59,179 bases of DNA from Candidatus Shapirobacteria bacterium (GTDB taxonomy: Bacteria; Patescibacteriota; Microgenomatia; UBA12405). The notes below the pieces were generated by a model. The model ran no database searches, was not told the DNA's origin, and saw only the letters and a program-made list of their open reading frames with translations. Of this stretch, positions 54,096-59,179 are shown piece after piece. The position numbers were made by a program, and so were the translations under genes. Location: NCBI GenBank assembly GCA_041666965.1, contig JBAYFX010000003.1, forward strand, positions 1-59,179, given 5' to 3'. Every line of letters starts with the position of its first letter. Position 1 is the first letter of the stretch.

Positions 54096-54677
54096 ATGGC
54101 TAAAGCAAGATATTGTTACCTGGAACCGGAGTACCCGCAGCGGGTGATTATGGTTATGGCGTACATCGAAGACTCCAAAAAACACATTTTTTACCCAATG
54201 GACCTAGTATATAAAAACAAAAGCGAAGCAGTGGCCCAAGTAAAACTGATTCACGAAAATTTATCCCGGAAAGGGGTGACAGTGGACGCCGCCGTACTAT
54301 ATGAGTTGAAACTGAGTCAAAAGATTAATCTAACGCAAGATTGTTGGGAAGGAGAAAACAAAGAAAAAAACGGTTATTGGCGCTATAAGCGTTACATTAC
54401 CATGATGGGCCAACCGGGATTGTATGAGATTTTGATTCTCCCCCGAAATTGGGACGCCAAAAGAAAAATATGGCAACTGGCGGTATCAATTCCCTTTTAC
54501 CGGGGAGGAGAGATTGGTTTTATTGAACAGTTTATTAAGTATTCGCGGGACGTGGTGGACATTCGGGCTAAAAGTTGTGCTACTTATACTTTAGAAAAAT
54601 CATACCGGTTTAGCCGGGAAGATAATGAACTAAAGCAGGCGGAAATGCTAATGGAACCAAATAGTGAAGTAAATTAG
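54096..54677 (+). CDS. Orphan hypothetical protein (193 aa)
   Basis: Long ORF with no TM segment and no motif I can place. Divergent from the 53989 gene. Confidence 0.5.
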   Translation: MAKARYCYLEPEYPQRVIMVMAYIEDSKKHIFYPMDLVYKNKSEAVAQVKLIHENLSRKGVTVDAAVLYELKLSQKINLTQDCWEGENKEKNGYWRYKRYITMMGQPGLYEILILPRNWDAKRKIWQLAVSIPFYRGGEIGFIEQFIKYSRDVVDIRAKSCATYTLEKSYRFSREDNELKQAEMLMEPNSEVN

Positions 54678-54684
54678 TTTCGTT

Positions 54685-55167
54685 TTACCTCTTGCCCTCT
54701 AAACCGTGGCCGCCAAACCCCCTTCTAACTTTTCCTCCCAGTAAAGGAAGGTATCGGAGGTCTATTTTATTGTCGGTAGCCCATTTTTCTAAATCAGTTC
54801 TTTGTTGGTCCATCTTGGCACGCCTTTCTTGAGGTGTTAAATTTTGCCAACTGTTAGCACTCTTTTGAGCTACCAACTCATCTTGTTTCTTTTGAATTAA
54901 GTCACTTTGAGCTTGGGTTATCTTACCGTCTTTGACTAATTGGTCTAAGCGGGATTTGAAACCGGCAACCATATCTGAGCGGCGTTGCTTTTGAAAATCA
55001 GTAAAAACTGATTCCACCTCAGTTTTCTTAAGTCCGAACTTAGACACCAGCATATCAACTATGGTTTGACGGCTGGGACTAGTTTGGGCGTAAATTTTAT
55101 TACCATCAACGACTGTCATACTTAAAATTACAAAACCAATTAAGGCTACGAGTGTCTTTTTGTTCAT
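54685..55167 (-). CDS. Secreted helical protein (LTxxQ/Spy-CpxP-like flavour)
   Basis: Signal peptide MNKKTLVALIGFVILSMTVVDGNKIYA. Charged helical repeats include NLTPQERRAKMDQQ. The family call is tentative. Confidence 0.5.
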   Translation of the reverse strand: MNKKTLVALIGFVILSMTVVDGNKIYAQTSPSRQTIVDMLVSKFGLKKTEVESVFTDFQKQRRSDMVAGFKSRLDQLVKDGKITQAQSDLIQKKQDELVAQKSANSWQNLTPQERRAKMDQQRTDLEKWATDNKIDLRYLPLLGGKVRRGFGGHGLEGKR

Positions 55168-55225
55168 AGAATATTAATTAGTAACAAATGAAGAATAAGA
55201 CCCAAAACTTAAAACAGGCTGAAAA

Positions 55226-56404
55226 TCAGTCGGACTTGGTTTTTAGTTTATTTATTAAATACTTTTTGCCTTTGAGGGAATCGGGGAGTAAATCGTCGTC
55301 GGTATATTTTTCATAGCCTTTACCGTAGCCCAAGTCTTTCATGAGCTGAGTGGGGGCATTACGGAGACTGAGGGGAATGGGAAGATTGCCGAGTTTTTGA
55401 ACGTCGGCTTGGGCGGAACGCAGGGCGTCGTAGACACTCCGGTCTTTGGGAGACTTGGCCAAATAAGCCACACCGTGGGCTAAATTAATGGAGCACTCGG
55501 GGTAACCAATAGTTTCAATAGACCTAAATACAGAGTTGGCAACGAGCAGGGCTGACGAATTGGCTAGCCCAATATCTTCGGAGGCAAAAATAACCATACG
55601 ACGGGCAATAAAAAGCGGGTCTTCGCCGGCTTCAACCATCCGAGCTAAATAATAGAGAGCAGCATCAGGGTTGGAAGCGCGCATGGATTTGATGAAGGCA
55701 GAAATGGTGTTGTAGTGCTCCTCGCCTTTTTTATCAAACCGTAAAAAGGAGTTTTGGAGGGTCTGTTTAAGGTGAGCGAGCGTTAAGTCACCATAAAGTG
55801 TATGGCAATTATCTATCATGGTGATACACTGGCGGGCATCACCATTGGCCATATTGGTTAGCCAGTCTTTGGCGTCTGGTTTTATTTTTATTTTTAAGTG
55901 AGTCGTAGCCCGGGTAATAATTTGACCAATATCCTCTACTGTTAATTCTTTAAGAACAAAAACTCGGGTTCGAGAAAGTAGTGGAGCAATGACTTCAAAG
56001 CTAGGATTTTCAGTGGTAGCGCCAATTAATACCAAGCGACCGGACTCAACGTAGGGCAATAAAAAATCCTGCTGGGCTTTGTTGAAACGGTGTATTTCAT
56101 CTAAAAACAAAACTTGGGAGTAAAGACCTAGTGTTTGGGAATTGGGCGAGCCAATAATTTTTTTAATATCATCTTTACTAGCTGACACCGCTGACAGGTC
56201 ATGTATTTCCAAGCCGCAAGTATGTGCCAAAATCCGGGCTAAAGTAGTTTTACCCACCCCCGGAGGACCCCAAAAGATCATGGAGAAAAGATTTTTTGAC
56301 TCGGCCACCATTCTAAGTGGTTTACCGGGACCAACCAAGTGCGACTGACCAACAAATTCATCAAGATTGGTGGGGCGAAGTTGATCAGCTAAAGGATTGG
56401 GCAT
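55226..56404 (-). CDS. rarA: Replication-associated recombination protein A (RarA/MgsA AAA+ ATPase)
   Basis: LADQLRPTNLDEFVGQSHL, GPPGVGKTT, LFLDEIHRFNK and a C-terminal MgsA domain (HYNTISAFIKSMRASNPDAALYYLARM). Confidence 0.9.
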   Translation of the reverse strand: MPNPLADQLRPTNLDEFVGQSHLVGPGKPLRMVAESKNLFSMIFWGPPGVGKTTLARILAHTCGLEIHDLSAVSASKDDIKKIIGSPNSQTLGLYSQVLFLDEIHRFNKAQQDFLLPYVESGRLVLIGATTENPSFEVIAPLLSRTRVFVLKELTVEDIGQIITRATTHLKIKIKPDAKDWLTNMANGDARQCITMIDNCHTLYGDLTLAHLKQTLQNSFLRFDKKGEEHYNTISAFIKSMRASNPDAALYYLARMVEAGEDPLFIARRMVIFASEDIGLANSSALLVANSVFRSIETIGYPECSINLAHGVAYLAKSPKDRSVYDALRSAQADVQKLGNLPIPLSLRNAPTQLMKDLGYGKGYEKYTDDDLLPDSLKGKKYLINKLKTKSD

Positions 56405-56427
56405 TCGGGTAATATTCGGGTAACAAT

Positions 56428-57327
56428 CTATTTTACCCTAACAGAGCGCCGTTGCAACCACCAAGCCACAATCAGAACAATTAGAATTAGTGGTGAATAG
56501 ACTGCCAGCCAGATAAGGGCACTAACGATGGTGCGGGTACTGGCAATAAACGAACGGACTGCTTCCCTAAAAATAACCATGGGCCGCCAGGTATTGGTGG
56601 GAGTATAGGGAAGTGACAATTCATCGGTTGACAAATAAACTGAGATTAAACTCAACTCGGCAGATTTTTCTAAATACTGTTGTTGGCCTTTGAGGGAATC
56701 GATTTGGGTTTGAAGATTTATTAGCTCACGCTGTACTTCTAATAAATCAGCAACCCTGACGGCCTGGTCCATGATTTGATTAAACTTAGTTTGGGTAGAG
56801 TACAGCACTTTAAGCCGAGCTTCATTATCTACAAACTGGTCAGTTACATCCTGACCATTTACCGATAAAGAAACTGTTTTTACGCCCAAGGCTTGGATTT
56901 GTGTTATTAGCTGACTTCTAAGCGAAGAAGGAACACGAACGGAAATGTTACCAGAAGCGGCAGACTCAGGCGATGACAGATTGTAGGCAACTAAAAATCC
57001 ACCAGAGGACTCGGCGAGTGCTTGAATGCGACTTATAACATCATTGACGTTTTTAACTTGCAAAGAGAGGCTGGTATCACGGATAACTAAGCGGGAAGTG
57101 TCGGAGGTTGGGGCCAATTCCCTTGACTGACCTGGAGAGAGGGGTATGTTAAGTGATTTGGAACCAGAGTAGGAATCATAAGCATACTGACCAACCGAAG
57201 GGGAAGCCGTTTTGATGGAATAACCAAAATAATTAGCACTAAAGTATTTAATTGTAAAAATGCCAAGAATAATAACTAACCAATGTTTTTTAACAAATTT
57301 CCAAACTTTATTTATATTGATACTCAT
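56428..57327 (-). CDS. DUF4349-like membrane protein
   Basis: N-terminal TM helix, a beta-rich region, a coiled coil (LLEVQRELINLQTQIDSLKGQQQYL) and a C-terminal TM pair. The family call is from memory. Confidence 0.5.
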   Translation of the reverse strand: MSININKVWKFVKKHWLVIILGIFTIKYFSANYFGYSIKTASPSVGQYAYDSYSGSKSLNIPLSPGQSRELAPTSDTSRLVIRDTSLSLQVKNVNDVISRIQALAESSGGFLVAYNLSSPESAASGNISVRVPSSLRSQLITQIQALGVKTVSLSVNGQDVTDQFVDNEARLKVLYSTQTKFNQIMDQAVRVADLLEVQRELINLQTQIDSLKGQQQYLEKSAELSLISVYLSTDELSLPYTPTNTWRPMVIFREAVRSFIASTRTIVSALIWLAVYSPLILIVLIVAWWLQRRSVRVK

Positions 57328-57330
57328 TGA

Positions 57331-58023
57331 TTAATAATAGCGCAAAGTAATTTCCGGTAAAGTCAGGTGGGGCGGAAGTTTAACTAGGTAAGAAACTAAA
57401 TCAGCGATGGCTGAGGGGTCAAGAGAATGGCGAAAGTTGCGTTTAATGTTTCCCTTCTTACTAAAACCAGTATTAACAATGTCGGGGAAAAGTTGAGTTA
57501 CCCGAATCCCAAAGGGTTCAACTTCGGCCGCCAGCGACTGGGAAAAACCGTTTAGGGCGTATTTGGAAGCATGGTATACGGAACACTCGGAGCGGGGACG
57601 GAGCGCGGCGGCGGAATTCAAATTGATAATTAACCCCGATTTTCGCTTTTTTAAGTATGGCAGAACTGACTGACAAATGTTGATAGGACCAAGGGTGTTG
57701 ACCAATAGAGTATTTTTTATAGAAGCGGGAGGGTTGTCAGTCACTGGCCCATCAAGGTAAACTCCGGCACAATTAATAACAACATCAATATGGCCGGTTT
57801 TAGCAATAATCGAACTGACAGCAGTATCCACCGAAACAGAATCAGCGACATTGACTAAATAATGTAGAGCTTTAAATTTGGCGGCAACCAAGGGTAAGGT
57901 GCGGGCATTGAAATCAAACAAACAGAGGCGGCAGGTCAAATGAAGGCGGGCGGCAATTTCCCGGCCAATGCCAGAAGCGGCTCCGGTAATCAAAACTATA
58001 GGTTTTCGGTATAATCCAGCCAT
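57331..58023 (-). CDS. Short-chain dehydrogenase/reductase
   Basis: TGAASGIG, NCAG and YHASK (YxxxK). I prefer the ATG at 58023 (MAGLYRKPIVLITGA) to the ORF-track start at 58071. Confidence 0.8.
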   Translation of the reverse strand: MAGLYRKPIVLITGAASGIGREIAARLHLTCRLCLFDFNARTLPLVAAKFKALHYLVNVADSVSVDTAVSSIIAKTGHIDVVINCAGVYLDGPVTDNPPASIKNTLLVNTLGPINICQSVLPYLKKRKSGLIINLNSAAALRPRSECSVYHASKYALNGFSQSLAAEVEPFGIRVTQLFPDIVNTGFSKKGNIKRNFRHSLDPSAIADLVSYLVKLPPHLTLPEITLRYY

Positions 58024-58753
58024 GGCAGTATTTATATTCATTCTAGCAATATTGACCGGGTTGTTAAACACGAGGAGGGTGACAGCAATTAGTACTTGTA
58101 AACCAATTAAGGTGCTGATGTATCACCATATTCAACCAAAAGACATTACGCTAGACAAAATTGAGCAAAACTTAAGTGTTGACCCTGGAGTTTTTGGCCA
58201 CCAAATAGACCAGATTTTACAAAATGGTTACGAGGTTATTGGAATGGAGAGATTCAATCAGATTTTTGAGGGTAGAGAAAACACGGATACTAAATCCATT
58301 GTTCTAACCTTTGACGACGGATATTCAGACCTTTACGAATACCTGTTCCCGATTATTAAAGCAAAACAGATTCCGGTGACTATTTTTTTAATTACCGGAT
58401 TGGTTGGAGTTCCCGGATATTTAAATTGGAACCAAGTGTCGGAAATGGCAGAGAGCGGACTAGTTTATTTTGGTAACCATACCTGGTCCCATGCGTTTAA
58501 AAACGAACGGGAATCTTATGAAAAAGAAATGGAAATATCGGAGCGGCAACTTTGGGAAAAAGGCTTAAACCAACTACACGTGTTTGCTTACCCATATGGT
58601 AGTTTCAGTACACTTAAAAAGGAAGTTATTGCGGAAATCGGAATAAGGTTGGCTTTTACTACCAGACAGAAGACACAAATATGCTCGGGTACAGATTTGG
58701 AAATCCCAAGAATTCGAATGGATGAGGGAGACCTAAAAATTTACGGGTTATAA
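58022..58753 (+). CDS. Polysaccharide deacetylase (NodB homology domain), membrane anchored
   Basis: VLMYHHI, LTFDDGYSD and GNHTWSH. I prefer the ATG at 58022 (MAVFIFILAILTGLL is a TM anchor) to the ORF-track start at 57968. Confidence 0.8.
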   Translation: MAVFIFILAILTGLLNTRRVTAISTCKPIKVLMYHHIQPKDITLDKIEQNLSVDPGVFGHQIDQILQNGYEVIGMERFNQIFEGRENTDTKSIVLTFDDGYSDLYEYLFPIIKAKQIPVTIFLITGLVGVPGYLNWNQVSEMAESGLVYFGNHTWSHAFKNERESYEKEMEISERQLWEKGLNQLHVFAYPYGSFSTLKKEVIAEIGIRLAFTTRQKTQICSGTDLEIPRIRMDEGDLKIYGL

Positions 58754-58759
58754 TTAATT

Positions 58760-58900
58760 ATGAATATTGCTAACGTCAGCCCACTTGTGTCCCTTGTTTT
58801 TGGAATATTAATTTTGCTTAACCCCAAATTTCTGTCAGTTTTAGTAGGAATATGGCTGATTATTAACGGACTTTTGGGTTTAGGGTTTCTCAGATTTTAA
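58760..58900 (+). CDS. DUF3096-like small membrane protein (46 aa)
   Basis: My own translation is MNIANVSPLVSLVFGILILLNPKFLSVLVGIWLIINGLLGLGFLRF. It forms two TM helices. TATAAT lies 5 nt upstream. Confidence 0.45.
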   Translation: MNIANVSPLVSLVFGILILLNPKFLSVLVGIWLIINGLLGLGFLRF

Positions 58901-58940
58901 GTAATAGGCAATTCGGAAATAAGCGGGGTTAAAATAACTA

Positions 58941-59179
58941 ATGAAGTTAAGTTTAATTATTGGGCTGGGGCTTGTTTTGAGGTTAATATCTCTAGACCAA
59001 TCATTATGGTTGGATGAGGCGATTACTGCCCAAGTAGCCAAAAAGACACCTACAGAAATTGTTAGCCAATTTTCTGTGGCTGACTTTCACCCACCAACCT
59101 ACTACTGGTTAATGGCTGGTTGGAGCCGAGTTTGTCAAAACAGTGAAGTTTGTTTACGGCTGCCGTCAGTTATTTTTGG
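58941..59179 (+). CDS. GT-C fold membrane glycosyltransferase (GT39/ArnT-like), paralog 4; N-terminal fragment cut by window edge
   Basis: Translation MKLSLIIGLGLVLRLISLDQSLWLDEAITAQVA... carries the typical first-loop (S)LWLDE motif. Confidence 0.6.
   Translation, partial: MKLSLIIGLGLVLRLISLDQSLWLDEAITAQVAKKTPTEIVSQFSVADFHPPTYYWLMAGWSRVCQNSEVCLRLPSVIF

Noticed and set aside
57968-58071. The long 5' extensions of the deacetylase (start 57968) and SDR (start 58071) ORFs, which would give a 104-nt divergent overlap.
   Set aside because: The extensions add residues upstream of the natural-looking N-termini (the TM anchor MAVFIF... and MAGLYRKPIVLITGA...). Internal ATGs have -10 hexamers at leaderless distance. 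I keep this as the alternative in the corresponding finding.
1-59179. A whole-window search by eye for CRISPR repeats, tRNA/rRNA genes, IS/transposase/integrase genes and alternative genetic code use.
   Set aside because: I saw no regularly spaced direct repeats, no T-loop/GTTCGAATC-like motifs in gaps and no recombinase-like ORFs. Long ORFs close properly with TAA/TAG/TGA, so the standard code applies. This absence comes from manual reading only and should be confirmed with tRNAscan-SE, Infernal and CRISPR finders.

Overview
This is a gene-dense, AT-rich chromosomal segment with about 65 protein genes, many overlapping by 1-26 nt. I recognised no rRNA, tRNA, CRISPR array, transposase or integrase. 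The standard genetic code fits: ORFs are long and TGA is used as a stop.

Gene content:
- Housekeeping: hrcA-grpE-dnaK, gatC-gatA-(DUF218)-gatB, a FemAB-type transferase, PcrA, a UvrD-type helicase-nuclease, RmuC, MurJ, S20, a short MetRS, FolD, Map, TatD, Fe/Mn SOD, a two-subunit 2-oxoacid:ferredoxin oxidoreductase and RarA.
- Accessory: an OmpR/HK + MacAB-like module, at least five GT-C type membrane glycosyltransferases and PilN/O-like proteins.
- Many proteins are shortened and Shine-Dalgarno motifs are almost absent.

By inference only, this is what I would expect from a reduced-genome Patescibacteria/CPR-like bacterium. All genes from 1 to 30017 lie on the minus strand.

Most interesting observations:
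1. A TAnAAT-like -10 hexamer sits 5-9 nt upstream of about 19 start codons, which implies pervasive leaderless mRNAs. One divergent gene pair appears to share its start codons in a single CATG.
2. A surface operon (24236-28387) encodes PilN/O-like proteins, an FN3-like protein and a 38-Cys Pro/Thr-rich protein. The last two carry sortase-signal-like C-termini.
3. A cluster (16369-24227) combines a polyprenyl-phosphate phosphoribosyltransferase (UbiA/DPPR-synthase-like), a PAP2 phosphatase and GT-C transferases. It resembles the front end of actinobacterial arabinan synthesis.
4. A tightly overlapped operon (49709-53516) encodes a radical SAM (SplB-like) protein, a minimal CCA/poly(A)-polymerase-like nucleotidyltransferase, an alkyltransferase-like (PYHR) protein and further enzymes. 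Upstream of it lie an orphan divergent gene pair and a 48-codon phage-like small ORF.

All functional calls come from motif recognition by eye. No database search, GC calculation or structure prediction was run.
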